DNA from: Pelagomonas calceolata
Taxonomy: Eukaryota
Reading direction: 5' to 3'
Assembly: GCA_918797485.1 (NCBI GenBank)
Contig: CAKKNE010000003.1
Span: 3,720,001 to 3,784,000, forward strand
DNA length: 64,000 bases
Shown here in pieces: positions 1-11,105 of the stretch. Under the pieces are notes generated by a model. That model made no database searches and was not told where the DNA came from. It saw only the letters and a program-made list of their open reading frames with translations. The first letter of the stretch is position 1; each line of letters opens with the position of its first letter. A program made the position numbers and the translations under genes.

Positions 1-741
1 TCCTTCTCCGAGGACACGTCGCGCCACGGGGATCGTATTGCGGATCAGCGCCTTGGCCTCTTCGAAGTGCTTCAGAATAAGAAGGTTTGCGTGGTTGTTG
101 GCTGCTATGAGAGTCTCTTCATCTCTCTCGCCTTTGAGCCTCAAATATCCAGAGTATACGTCCCGCTCCAATTGTAGGGCCTCTTCAAGCCGTCCGAGCA
201 CTTGATACGAGTTCGCAAGATTGCTCTGCACCATGAGCATTTGGTCTTCTGGCGCGCCAAGGCGCCGCATCATAGCCAACTGGGCCTCTTTCACTGACAA
301 TGCGTCCTCGTTGTTGCCTGCAGAGGATAAGCCGTTCCCAAGCTGCGTCATCGCCATTTTCCGAGTTTCATCCGCTTCGGGCCGTCCTACGTAGGTCTTC
401 CAGCACGCCCATCCGAGCGCGCACCGCGCGACGCCGTGGTACCGTTGCTCGCACAGACCGCATATATACCACCGCAAAAATCGTGGCCCGCTTCTGCGCT
501 CGACCGCGACCTGCGCCTGCCGCGCCAAGCACGACACGTGCGCAAAACCGTTTTCGCCTCGGCACGAGCATCCGCGCACGAGGCCCTCGTCCTCATCGCC
601 CTCGCCGTAACAGATGTAGCACGTCTGGCCCGCCGTGTCCTCCGCGCACGCCGCGACCGCGGTCCGAACAGCATCAGCATAGTGCTGGTCGGCTTGGTCC
701 GCCGCCAGTAAGGAAGGCACTGCAGCGACGAGCTCGGCCAT
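1..741 (-). CDS. RING-CH-like zinc finger + TPR (kinesin-light-chain-type) repeat protein; runs off the window edge
   Basis: ATG at 741 reads MAELVAAVPSLLAADQADQHYADAVRTAVAACAEDTAGQTCYICYGEGDEDEGLVRGCSCRG..AHVSCL..CGLCEQ; clear paralog of 934..1920; absent from the ORF track because there is no stop within the window. Confidence 0.85.
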   Translation of the reverse strand, partial: MAELVAAVPSLLAADQADQHYADAVRTAVAACAEDTAGQTCYICYGEGDEDEGLVRGCSCRGENGFAHVSCLARQAQVAVERRSGPRFLRWYICGLCEQRYHGVARCALGWACWKTYVGRPEADETRKMAMTQLGNGLSSAGNNEDALSVKEAQLAMMRRLGAPEDQMLMVQSNLANSYQVLGRLEEALQLERDVYSGYLRLKGERDEETLIAANNHANLLILKHFEEAKALIRNTIPVARRVLGEG

Positions 742-933
742 GGTCTCGCCCACCACTGCTGAATAGATGGTGTTCGATGGGCAGCTGTACGATGGGCGGG
801 CGCGGCCTTGGTCACGGATAGATCACAGAATCAAATCGCAGAGCCATGGCCCAGGGTTCGGGGTTCGAGTCGATCTACGCGCTCCCGCTCCCCCGGGACC
901 CGTCCGCCGGGCGAGGACTGCTCAGGATGGTCT

Positions 934-1920
934 TTACGCGCTCCCCGGCGACGGCGTCTCGCGGGCGGCGAGGGTGGCTCGCGCTTTTCGCAGACGGCGC
1001 TCAATCCCCACTGTGACCGGGTTTGCGCCACCGAACACGCGCCGCGCGGTCCGTTCAATCTCCTCCATCGTCGTCACGGCCTCGCGGAGATCGTCGAGCG
1101 TCGCGCCGTTGTCTTTGTAGAGCGCCTCCGCATAATACCACCTCATCCTGAGTGTGGTCTCGTCATTCTCTCCGAGAACGCGTCGCGCCACCGGCATCGT
1201 CTTGCGCAGCACCGACTTGGCTTCTTCCAAGCGCTTTACCCGAAGAACGGACGCCGCGTAGTTGCTGGCTGATATGAGGGTATGTTCATTTTCCTCGCCG
1301 TGAAGCTTCAAATATCCAGAGTAGACGTCGCGTCGCATCCGCAGGGCCTCTTCATGCCGTTTCAGCGCTTGATACGTGTTCGCAAGATTTCCCTGCACGG
1401 CGAGAATTGCGTGACGAATTGCGTGACGGTCCTCTGGTGCGCCATTGCGTCGCAGCATAGACAACTCGGCCTCGTACACGAGCAACGCGTCCTCGTGGTG
1501 TTCTGCAGCGGATAAACCGTTGGCAAGCAGCGTCATCGCGCTCCCCCGAGCCCAATCATCCTCCGGCCGCCCCAAATACGTCTTCCAGCACGCCCACCCA
1601 AGCGCGCACGCCACGACGCCGTGGTATTTTTGCTCGCACAGGCCGCACGTGTCCCACCGCATCCACCCCCTATGGGCGCGCTCGACCGCGACCTGGGCCT
1701 GCCGCGCCAAGCACGACACGTGCGCAACTCCGGCCGCCCCGCGACAGGCGCACCCGCGCACGAGGCCCTCTTCGTCGTTGCCGTCCATACAAATGAAACA
1801 CGTCTGGCCCGCCGTGTCGGCCGCGCAGGCAGCGACCGCGGTCCGAACAGCACTAGCATAGTGCTGTTCGGCTTGGTCAGCCCTCAGCAGCGGCGGTACT
1901 TCAGCGACGAGCTCGGCCAT
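934..1920 (-). CDS. RING-CH-like zinc finger + TPR repeat protein
   Basis: CFIC..GCACRG...HVSCL...W..CGLC RING-v pattern followed by NLANTYQAL..EEAL..R and RRVLGENDETTL TPR_10/12-like repeats. Confidence 0.9.
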   Translation of the reverse strand: MAELVAEVPPLLRADQAEQHYASAVRTAVAACAADTAGQTCFICMDGNDEEGLVRGCACRGAAGVAHVSCLARQAQVAVERAHRGWMRWDTCGLCEQKYHGVVACALGWACWKTYLGRPEDDWARGSAMTLLANGLSAAEHHEDALLVYEAELSMLRRNGAPEDRHAIRHAILAVQGNLANTYQALKRHEEALRMRRDVYSGYLKLHGEENEHTLISASNYAASVLRVKRLEEAKSVLRKTMPVARRVLGENDETTLRMRWYYAEALYKDNGATLDDLREAVTTMEEIERTARRVFGGANPVTVGIERRLRKARATLAARETPSPGSA

Positions 1921-2367
1921 GGTCTCGCCACCACCGCTGCAATCGATGATGTTCGATGGCTTCGATGGACAGCTGTACGATGGCAGGCGCGGCGTGTTCA
2001 GAGATCATCTCCCGGCCAGGACCCGTTCGGGTTCGTCGCCTCCCCCCCTTCGTCGCGGGACGCCCCAATCCGTTGAGCTATCTGCGTCGTCTGCGTTTGC
2101 GTGTCGCGAGTGCGGCGGTTTAGAGCAGGCTTCGTATGAGTTCCGGTGCGCTGCCGGGCCCAGACCTCCTGCGCGTGATTCCTCGCGCGTCTTGAAGGGA
2201 GGCTAGGGGGCTAGGGTAAGAGCTTGGAGGGGGGGTTCGAGTCGATCTACGCGAGCCGCTGACGCCGACGCGGCGACGCCGCGACCTCGAGCTACGTATC
2301 TATACTTTACTAACGTGGGATAGGGTCAGCGCGTGGGGGAGGGCGCCATATAAATAGCGGAAGAGGC

Positions 2368-5300
2368 CTACTTCCAGAGCTCGTGCTCCTCGGCGAACGC
2401 TTCTTCATCTTCGTCGAGCTCGGCGCCGGACTTGATCTTCGCCTTGATCTCCTTCGTCATCTTCTTGATCTCCTTTTTGGTCAGAGTTTTCTTGGCCTTG
2501 ATCTCCGTGACGTTGCCGTAGGCGTCGGTGACTTCCGTGATGGCCTGCTGGTCGTCGCACTTCGTGGCCAAGGCGTTCTTCATCCACTCGGGGTCGCCTC
2601 TACAATTGGGTCTGCTGATTTCATCCTCGTCCTTCTCGACGACCCACGTCTCGGGACACAAAGCGGTCGTGAAGTCGTTGTTGTGGCTGATGATCACCAC
2701 TCCACCTTCGAACTCTCTGATGGCATCAGCTAACGCTCCTAGAGACTCTCTGTCTAAATAGTTCGTGGGCTCGTCCAGGATGACTAAATGCGGCTGCATC
2801 CACATGGCCGCGCCGAGCACGACCTTGACCTTCTGGCCGCCGCTCAACGCCGAGATGCGGTGGTGCGTCGCGAACTCCGCGTCGAGGCCCACGTTCTTGA
2901 GGTGCGACTCGACGTTCGACGACGTGAGCGGCCGGAACATGCCCGAGGCCGCTTGCGCTACTTTCACGTCGACCTTCTTGCAGGCCTTGTCCCAGCCCCA
3001 CTTGACGAGCTTCTTGTAGCCGTAGAAGTGCTTGCAATCATCCGAATCGTGGGGCGCCTTGAACTGGACCTCGTAGTCGTTTTCTTTGGTCGACTTGTTC
3101 GTCTTGCGCTCGCCGGTCAGCCGCTTGATGACCCTTTTGGTTTTCGTGGTCTTCGCCGTATCAGGATCGGTGTAGACGAAGTCGATGACCGTCTTCTGGA
3201 GCTCGAGCTCGGCGTCGGAGATCTTCATCGTGTCCTTGGCGATGGCCTCGCGGTCCTCGCCGCCGGCGTAGCGCCACCGGATGTACTCGTTCGGCGTCTT
3301 GTCCATGTGCCTATATGTATGTATGTTATGTGTATGTATGTATAAGGATAGGGGGGTAAATGTGTATATGTATTTCACGACAGACCTCCGTCAACCTCCA
3401 CGCCGTCGAGCAGGCGCAATGAGGAGATCAAATCGCGTCGTAGCGTCATGAATGTGGTGTGGGTGCTCGGTCGCGAAAAAGACGGGACTCGGGAAACGCG
3501 CTGCTCGATGTGGTGGAACGCGTGCTGCGCGATGTAGCCGATGCGCGCGTTCGGGTGCTGCCAGACGGTCCCCGTCGTCGGCTGGACCTCGCCCGTGAGG
3601 CACTTGATGAGCGTCGACTTGCCCGCGCCGTTCGGGCCGATGCACGCGACACGAGAGGACAGCGACACCTGGACCGTCGCCTTCTCGATGGTGACCTTGT
3701 CGTTGCGCGGGTACTTGAAGGAGACGTCGACGACCTTGATGAGGGCCTTGCCCTTCGACTTCACGCCTGTGCCGGGAATGTCACGAAACTGCCAGAAAAC
3801 TCCCCCAGCGGCCGCGTCGACGGCGTCGACGCGACAGACGACGTGTCGACGCGATTCCAGCAAGTTCAAGTTCATTTTTCACGCTGACTCACCTTCGATC
3901 GGCCCCGGCTTCGGGAAGTGGAACTTGAGTTTGTTCGACTTGAGCTCGAAGTAGGCGCGCGCCTCGGGCCGGACCTTCACGAAGGCCGCGAGGTTGCCCT
4001 TGAAGCAGGACAGCTTGAGGTCGGCAATTTCGAGGATGTGGTTGCAGACGTCATTTAACAAGCCCGAGTCGTGCGAGACCATGATGCACGTGACGTTCGT
4101 CAGCGACTTGATGTAGTCCTTGACCCACTTGACGTTCATCACATCCAAGTGGTTCGTCGGCTCGTCCATGAGCAAAATGTCCGCGTTCTGGAGCATCGCG
4201 CGCGACAGGGCCAATTTCATGCGCCAGCCGCCCGAGAGAGTGGTGACGGGGTCGGTCATCATCTTCTTGGAGAAGCCGACCTTCTCCATCATCTTGGCGA
4301 CCTCGTCCTTCGTGGAGCCGCAGGCCTGGATGCGCCTGCGTGCGTCGAGGGTCGCGAGATGCTCTACACTTCATGACGATGGCGTGGGGAGCTCGACGAC
4401 GCGCCGCGACGCCATCGACGCGCCCCGGCGACTCAGACACGGGAAACGCACGGGTCGTTGAAGATGTAGTCGATGCACGCGTAATGACTCAACTCGCCGA
4501 GGATGTCGGCCTCCACAAACACCGTCTTGACCTCGTCCGCGGGCGGGAAGCCCTCGAGCTGCCCGTTGCTGATGGACCGCATGAGCGTCGTCTTGCCGCA
4601 GTCGTTGCCTCCCAACAAGCCGTACTTGTGGCCTCTCTTCAATTTCATCTGCGTGTTGTGGAGCAGGATCTTCGTACCGTAGGCGAGCGTGAACGTGCAG
4701 TCGCAGAGCTGCTCGGCGTCGTCGTCTTCTTCCTCCTCCTCCTCGACGACGGAGAGGGAGCGGGCCGCCTCCAAAGCGGCACCGCCGGCCGATTCATCAC
4801 CAGCGAACGCGCAGGCCTTGGCCCAGTCCTTGCTCATGAACGAGCGCCGCGCGGCGAGCGCGCTGCAGACGCCGATAGCATACGCGACCGCGGCCGCGTC
4901 CTTCCCCTTGAGCTTCTCCGTCAGCGTCTTCTCGACCGCGTCCTGGACCTCCGTCGAAGACGCCATCTCGCTGATCTTCTTCTCGAGGCGCTGCATGAGC
5001 TGCACGCTCTTCTCGCAGACCTCGCGGGCCTCGGGGTCGCTCATCTCGTCCGCCAGCTTCACGAGGCCCGGGAGCAGCTTCGGCAGGAAGGGCGCCGCGT
5101 CGCGGGCGTCGTCGACGAGCTTGCTCATGTTGCAGATGATGAGCGCGGCCTGGCGCTTCAGGGCCGTGGCCTTGGGGCCCCGTTCGCCCAACGCGCGCGA
5201 CAGCAGCGGCACGACCACCGCGAGGGTGGGCGAGTCGACGCTCTGGACGAACGTCGTCGCGGCCAACGCGTGGACCGTCGCCTCGACCTCCTTGGGGTTC

Positions 5301-6058
5301 GAGGCGCTCGACACGAGCTTGGGGATGACCGGCTCGACGTCGCGGTTGCCCGAGAGGCCGAAGGCCGCGGTCACCGCAGCTTTCGCGGCGGCCTTCACCT
5401 CCTTCTTCGTGTCCCAGAGCGAGGGGGTCAGTTCCGGGACTAGGGTCGGGAGGCACGCCGCAGTTTGTTTAGGAGCCGTCGAGCAGAGCTGGGCGACTCG
5501 CTCGAGCGCCGCGACGCGGCAGGGCCACTGCTTTTCCACGCCCATCGCGCCGTAGAGGGCCTTCATCTCGAGGGGCGCCGCCTCGGGCTGGAGCGTCGGG
5601 ACGACCTTCGCCCAGGCAGCTTTCGCGGCGGCCTTGATGGGGCCCTTCTTCGAGCCGAGGCCGTCCAAGACCTTGCCGTAGTAGGTCATGGACCAGGGGG
5701 CCGTCGCGTCGGACGCGACGAGGCTTAGGAGCCAGCAGCCGTCGGCGTCGGACGTGCCGAAGGCCTTCTCGAGCGCCTTCGCGGTCGATGCGGCGTCTTT
5801 GCCTGCGTGCATGAAGGTGTTTGTGGCGCGGGTGGTCGGCGCGGCGCGGCCGCGCGGCGGCGGGGTCGGTGGCGCGGCGCCTTCGATACGCGCGGCGCGC
5901 GGCGCGGCGGCGTCGCGGCGCTTCCCGTAGGCGCGGCGCGGCGTCGGTGGAGTGAAGAAGACTAGTAATGGATGCGTTCTCGCCGGACGCCGGGTCGCAC
6001 ATCCCGCGGCGGCATTCACAATCACTTCCGGGGGGCCGGCGGGCTTCTTGTCGGCCAT
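2368..6058 (-). CDS. EF3: Translation elongation factor 3 (eEF3, ABC-F family), ~1019 aa, 5 exons
   Basis: Exons 6058-6001, 5802-4452, 4335-3893, 3766-3502, 3310-2368 (3060 nt). HEAT region with TTFVQSV; ABC1 GGNDCGKTT, LSGGWRMK, DEPTNHLD; ABC2 GPNGAGKST with chromodomain-like insert, LSGGQKVK, DEPTNYLD; Lys/Glu-rich tail. Confidence 0.93.
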
Positions 6059-6732
6059 GCTTGCTGTCGGTTTATTTCTTCGCTGTTAGCCTGCGCGCGC
6101 GCGCGAATCTATGCCGGCTGCGGTAGCTTCTCTCCAGCGAATTCGCCGTCCTCGGCGAGGCGGCCGCAGCGGGCATCCGTGGTCGTTCTTTATGCAGTTT
6201 CCTGCGCGCACGCCGTTTTTTGCAGTTCAAGACGCGGCGGCTCACTCGTAAAACACGCACTCTTTTGCATGCACTGGCCGAGGGCGGCGCGAGCACAAAA
6301 GATAGATGCGGCGCCCGTCGTCAAACGCAAGCTAGTGGGTCGGGCCGCCCACGCAACGGTCATTGGGGGGCTGCGACGCGTCGAACGAGCCCCCGTTCGA
6401 CGCCTGGCGAAAAAATTGCCTTGCGGGCAGTGAACGAATCAGGTTGGGACCCTGGACCAGACCGCGACCCGACCACGCAAAAACGCCCTAGTTGCGACGA
6501 CGGCGGCCGGGGCGGGCCCGCGCCGACGTTTCTTGCGGGGCGCGCGACGTTTGAGTGCACGCGCGGGCCGCGGAACGGCGGCGCCGTCGCGGGATTGTCA
6601 TCGAGGGATCGTCCTAGCAAAGCACCACCCCGTCGCTAGCGAGCGATCGCACAGGTCGCGACGGGCACGCGCGATACCGAGGTTTATTAGAAAGACAGCT
6701 TACTCGGGGACGCGCGAAACGGAGCGAGCACA

Positions 6733-7068
6733 CTAGAGCCCGCGCAGCCCCCCGCGCGCCTCGCGCTGGCGCACCCGCAGCGCCCGCACGGCCTCGCGCA
6801 GCGGCCCGCACCGCTCCTCCTCGGGCGCGTCCTCGTCGGCCAGGACGAGCGTCTCGCCGGCGAGCCTTCGCATCAGCGCGCGCCGGAAGGCCTCGACGTC
6901 CTCGGTCGCTGCCCGGGACTCCGGCGCTGCATGGAGTCGCGTCGTCTGCCGCGCGTCATGCCGCGCAACTGGCCTCGTCTGCCGCGCAGGTGGCCTCATC
7001 TGGGGGCAGAAGGCTCTGGCATAAATCACGGTGCACGCCACTGCAAGCCAGCTTCGTAATTGAGCCAT
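6733..7068 (-). CDS. Small protein with signal peptide and ASAFAP-like motif (probably plastid-targeted)
   Basis: MAQLRSWLAVACTVIYARAFCP followed by an Arg-rich transit-peptide-like segment. Confidence 0.55.
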   Translation of the reverse strand: MAQLRSWLAVACTVIYARAFCPQMRPPARQTRPVARHDARQTTRLHAAPESRAATEDVEAFRRALMRRLAGETLVLADEDAPEEERCGPLREAVRALRVRQREARGGLRGL

Positions 7069-7350
7069 GGCGGTCCCGTGACGCTTATTCTCAGTTGGCG
7101 TCGCCCAAAACGAGCTATGGGCAGCCTCGCGGCAGAAATTCCGCCGATTATGGTCAAAATCTTCGGAAGGTCTAGTGAGCTCTCCCGCTAGCCTAGCAGA
7201 CCCCTGCCGAGGCGGCTCTTTGATCGGCTCCGCTTAGAAGGAGGTATGCTGTCCTGAAAGACGCGGCCCGCGCCCGCCGCCGATGGATCGGCGACGCGCG
7301 GCGTCTCCCCCACACTAGTCCGGGCGAAGATCGTCACAACAAGATGCTTA

Positions 7351-8043
7351 TCACCCCACAGGGATGGGAAGCGTCCGCGAATAGCGCCGCGACGTGCGCC
7401 GCCTCGCCGCCAGTGTTGCCTGCCGGTCGCGCTCCGCGGAAAAGAACGCGTCGTCGCCGCCCGCCGCGAAGGCCACGGCTATTCGCAGCCAGGCCGCCCA
7501 CTTCACCAACTCCTCGTAGGACGCTGTTACGACCAATTTCTCTTCACCGCGTTCGACCGTCAACACCTCGTCCACAGCTATAGAACAGCCGTCAATCGCG
7601 AAGCGACCTTTCTCGGCACCATCCTCCTTCTCAAAGTACACCAGTTCACCACAGGACAGCTCGAAGAACCGGGTTTTCCAGCCTCCTAGTGATTTGTGCC
7701 CGTCTTTGCTCGAACTTTCGCGGGGCTTCTTGCGCAGCCACCCTCGACAACAAGGCGCCCGCCGAAAGGTCAGCGTGTACGGCAACCCCGACGTCTTCGC
7801 CTTCAGCACCCGCGAGAACATGGCTTCGTAACTCTCGAGGAGCACGTCCTCTCCGTCGATCGCACTGAGGACGTCGCCTTTCTGCACCTTGGCATGGATC
7901 GGCGCTCTCCTGACCATAGCCCACTCCCGGACGCATTCGACGTCGATGCCGAGCTCGGTCCCCGGTCTGAAGCCGACGTCGACATTCACCTGTGCCTGTG
8001 GTAGTAGTGCTTTGATCTCGGTGGCGACGGCGTGGGCGGCCAT
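7351..8043 (-). CDS. PDZ-like + PH domain protein
   Basis: VQKGDVLSAIDGEDV (PDZ); GWLRKK...WKTRFFEL..GELVYF..EKG...ELVKWAAWLR (PH). Confidence 0.85.
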   Translation of the reverse strand: MAAHAVATEIKALLPQAQVNVDVGFRPGTELGIDVECVREWAMVRRAPIHAKVQKGDVLSAIDGEDVLLESYEAMFSRVLKAKTSGLPYTLTFRRAPCCRGWLRKKPRESSSKDGHKSLGGWKTRFFELSCGELVYFEKEDGAEKGRFAIDGCSIAVDEVLTVERGEEKLVVTASYEELVKWAAWLRIAVAFAAGGDDAFFSAERDRQATLAARRRTSRRYSRTLPIPVG

Positions 8044-8310
8044 GGCTGCCCTCGGGCGTCGGTGGGGTCGCGGCGGCAGCGTGCTGCGTTGCAGCGCTTG
8101 CGAGGCCGTCCAGCCTCGTCCACTCTTTGCGGAACTTTTGCGGCAGGCGCCTGGCCGGCCGCGGCGGACGCGTCGCGGCGGCGGCGCGAGCGGTCGTGGA
8201 GTCTTCCCAGGTCTCCCGAGGCGCTCCTTGAGTTTTTACGCGCCCCGGGCTTCGCGGAGCGTCGACGCGCGTGGCAATTTCCCAGCAGCACGAGTAGCAG
8301 ATGGATATTC

Positions 8311-9474
8311 TTACGCACCCCTCGGCGTCATCGCGTCGACCCCGTCGCAGAGGGCGCTCACGTCGTCGCCTTCGCGGGCGGCGAGCGCGGCTCGCGCATT
8401 TCGCAGGCTGCCCTCAAAACCCACCGCGAGCGGATGCGCGCCGCCAAGCACGCGCCGGGTGATGAGTGCCACATTCTCGAGCGTCATCACGGCCTCGCGT
8501 AAATCGTCGAGGGTGGCACCGGGGTCCAGGTAGAGCGTAGAGGCGTGAATCGACCGCATCGAGAGCGTAAGATCATGACTCTCACCAAGAACACGCCGCG
8601 CCACGGGAATCGCAGGGCGCAGCAGCGACTTGGCCTCTTTGAACCGCTTTAGAGTGGCAAGGAGAATCGCATAGTTGAGGGCAGCTCGGAGGGTTGATTG
8701 ATGTTCCTCGCCATTGAGCCTCAAACGTCCGGAGTATACATCTCGAAGCATATTTGAGGCCTGTTCGTTTCGTCCAAGCCTCACATGCGAGTTCGCAAGA
8801 TTGCTCTGCGCGACGAGAATATTATTTTCTGACGCGCCAAGGCGCCGCATCGTAGACAAGTCGGCCTCTTTCACGGCCAAGGCGTCCTCGTGATGTTTTG
8901 CCGCGGATAAACCATTCCCAAGCAAGCCCATTGCTAAGCGCCGAGCCGCGTCCGTCTCCGGCCGACCCACATACGTCTTCCAGCAAGCCCACCCAAGCGC
9001 GCACCGCACGACGCCATGATGCTCCTGTTCGCACAGGCCGCACGTGTACCACCGCTCGAACTTATCATCATCCAAATTCCTCTCCTCGGCATCCGCGACC
9101 AAAATCTTCGCCTGCTCCGCCAGGCACGACACGTGCGCGAAGCCCGCCGTCCCGCGGCACGCGCACCCGCGCACGAGGCCCTCCTTCGTTTTCCAATGCA
9201 AAGCCTGCGTGCAGATGTAGCACGTCTGGCCCTTCGTGTCCTCCGCGCACTTCTTGACCGCGACCGCGACGGCCTCCGCGTACTTCTCATTTGCGTTGTA
9301 TTGCTCGGCGCCGCCTGCTTTTTTTATTTTCTTACAGAGCTGGTCGTGCCCGCCTTCTTTCCAGTGCTGCACCTGGCATTCGGGCCCACAGTAGCGTGTG
9401 CTGCAGCGGCCGCATTTCTTGCCCAAGGATAGCCCAAGCTCGGTGGCGCAGACGGCGCACTGCGTGAGGATCAT
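8311..9474 (-). CDS. MYND finger + RING-CH-like + TPR repeat protein
   Basis: MILTQCAVC..KKCGRCSTRYCGPECQVQHWKEGGHDQLC (MYND), then the same RING/TPR body as 934..1920. Confidence 0.9.
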   Translation of the reverse strand: MILTQCAVCATELGLSLGKKCGRCSTRYCGPECQVQHWKEGGHDQLCKKIKKAGGAEQYNANEKYAEAVAVAVKKCAEDTKGQTCYICTQALHWKTKEGLVRGCACRGTAGFAHVSCLAEQAKILVADAEERNLDDDKFERWYTCGLCEQEHHGVVRCALGWACWKTYVGRPETDAARRLAMGLLGNGLSAAKHHEDALAVKEADLSTMRRLGASENNILVAQSNLANSHVRLGRNEQASNMLRDVYSGRLRLNGEEHQSTLRAALNYAILLATLKRFKEAKSLLRPAIPVARRVLGESHDLTLSMRSIHASTLYLDPGATLDDLREAVMTLENVALITRRVLGGAHPLAVGFEGSLRNARAALAAREGDDVSALCDGVDAMTPRGA

Positions 9475-9785
9475 CTTGTCGCTCGGGGGCAGCCCTGCGA
9501 TGCAAAAGCCCTCCGGAGCCGCCTGTCGATCGAGAGCTTGCGCCCGCACTGAACCGCGCGCGCGAGGAAATCAGCATGGGCCTTGGCTCCGCGAGGTCTA
9601 GTAGTACCCATTACGGGGCCTGGTAGTCAGGCGCCGGCCTGCAGACCCACCCCGCGGCGCGCGGGCGGCCGGGAACGGGCAAAATGACGCCATCGCCGCG
9701 CCCCCCACGCAACGACTATGTGGACGCCATTGTTAGGGCGCGGGCAATTTGAGGAAGGAGGGGAGGTGTGTCTAAGGGGAGGAGG

Positions 9786-11105
9786 TCAGCTGGTGGAAGG
9801 CGGCACGGCCCCCGCGATCAGCATGAGGCCGTCGACGACGGACTGGAGCTCGGCCGGCGACGTGTTCGTGTCGGCGCAGAGGTCCTCGACGCGCGGCGGC
9901 GACCGCGGCGGCTGCCTCGCGGATCTGATCGCCTCGGACACCGCCGACCTAACAGTAGCGGCCGCCCCGGGCGGCGCCTGCGTCGGCTGCCCCACGGTGA
10001 GCGAGCCGAGCCAGGCCGACGCGTCGTCGTACTCGTAGGCCGGCCGCAAGGACAGTACCGTTTCTCTAGGATCAGAGGGCCCGGGCGGCGGCGGCACTGT
10101 TGTGGCGGTAGCCAGGGAGTCGTGGCTCTCGCCGCGCGCCAGCGGCCGCGACGGCGACGACGGCTGCCGCGTGAAAGGTGAGGTTGGCGGCGACCGGACG
10201 CCTCGCCGGGGCCGGTCGTCCTCCACCACAGGAGCGGCTCTATTGGAGGCGAAGGCGCCGCCTCGCGCGGCGTCGACGGACACGACGCGCCCGTCGCGAC
10301 ACACCAGCTCCAGCCGACACACGTCGAGGTCGGGGTGCTCGTCGTCGGACTGCGTCGAGCCGTCCCGCGAGGAGTTCGAGTTCACGTTCGTGTCGGAGTT
10401 CGACGGCGACGCGCCGCGCTCCGTCGACGAGCCGCTTCTCGACGCGTCGGCCATCTCCGTGTCCTCGTCGTACTTCTTGGCCGGCGGCGGCGCGCGGGGC
10501 ACTTGCGTGTCCACCCTTTCTTTCGAATCGTCGTCGGAGCCGTCGTGGCTGCCGCCGCTCGACCCGTTGTTGCTGCTCGACTCGCCGCGCCGGTCCGAGT
10601 TCGAACCACCAGAATCACCTGAGCTATTGGAGACCGCGTGTCTGACGTCGGACCACTCCTGGGGCGGCCAGTTCGCGTCCCTTCGCGGTGAACTAGATGA
10701 GGACGGCGGACTCGCGTCGCGCTTCTGCTCACAGCCCGCGGCTTGCGCGAGCCACTGCGCCTGTCTCGGTCTATCAGGACCGTCCGCTAGCAATGAGCGT
10801 AAGTCCACGTCTTCGGCAGACGTGATGCCCAGCAAATCCTTGGCCGCTTGCGACGCGAAGCGGAGGCGGCAATTTTGGTCGACGGTAACTGTGGGCGGCG
10901 CCCTTGCGAGAATCTCGGAGTAGAGCTGCAATTGGGCGTTCGCCGCCGTCATTTCTTCGACGAACTGCTTCTTGCGGACTCGCGAGGTGCATGCCGAGCG
11001 TCTATTGGCCGCGCGCTTTAATCGTTTTTTCTCCTCGGCGCGGGCGCGCTCCTGGCGCTGCTGCTCGCTGAGCGGCGGCGAGGGCGGGCGGTCGCTGGTC
11101 TTCAT
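9786..11105 (-). CDS. bZIP-PAS transcription factor
   Basis: KRAANRRSACTSRVRKK bZIP basic region; TVDQNCRLRFASQAAKDLLG and RLELVCRDGRVVSVD are PAS-like segments. Confidence 0.8.
   Translation of the reverse strand: MKTSDRPPSPPLSEQQRQERARAEEKKRLKRAANRRSACTSRVRKKQFVEEMTAANAQLQLYSEILARAPPTVTVDQNCRLRFASQAAKDLLGITSAEDVDLRSLLADGPDRPRQAQWLAQAAGCEQKRDASPPSSSSSPRRDANWPPQEWSDVRHAVSNSSGDSGGSNSDRRGESSSNNGSSGGSHDGSDDDSKERVDTQVPRAPPPAKKYDEDTEMADASRSGSSTERGASPSNSDTNVNSNSSRDGSTQSDDEHPDLDVCRLELVCRDGRVVSVDAARGGAFASNRAAPVVEDDRPRRGVRSPPTSPFTRQPSSPSRPLARGESHDSLATATTVPPPPGPSDPRETVLSLRPAYEYDDASAWLGSLTVGQPTQAPPGAAATVRSAVSEAIRSARQPPRSPPRVEDLCADTNTSPAELQSVVDGLMLIAGAVPPSTS

Noticed and set aside
860..881. GGTTCGAGTC B-box/T-loop-like sequence (also at 2234) as a tRNA or SINE
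   Set aside because: No cloverleaf, A-box or T-stem pairing could be built around it
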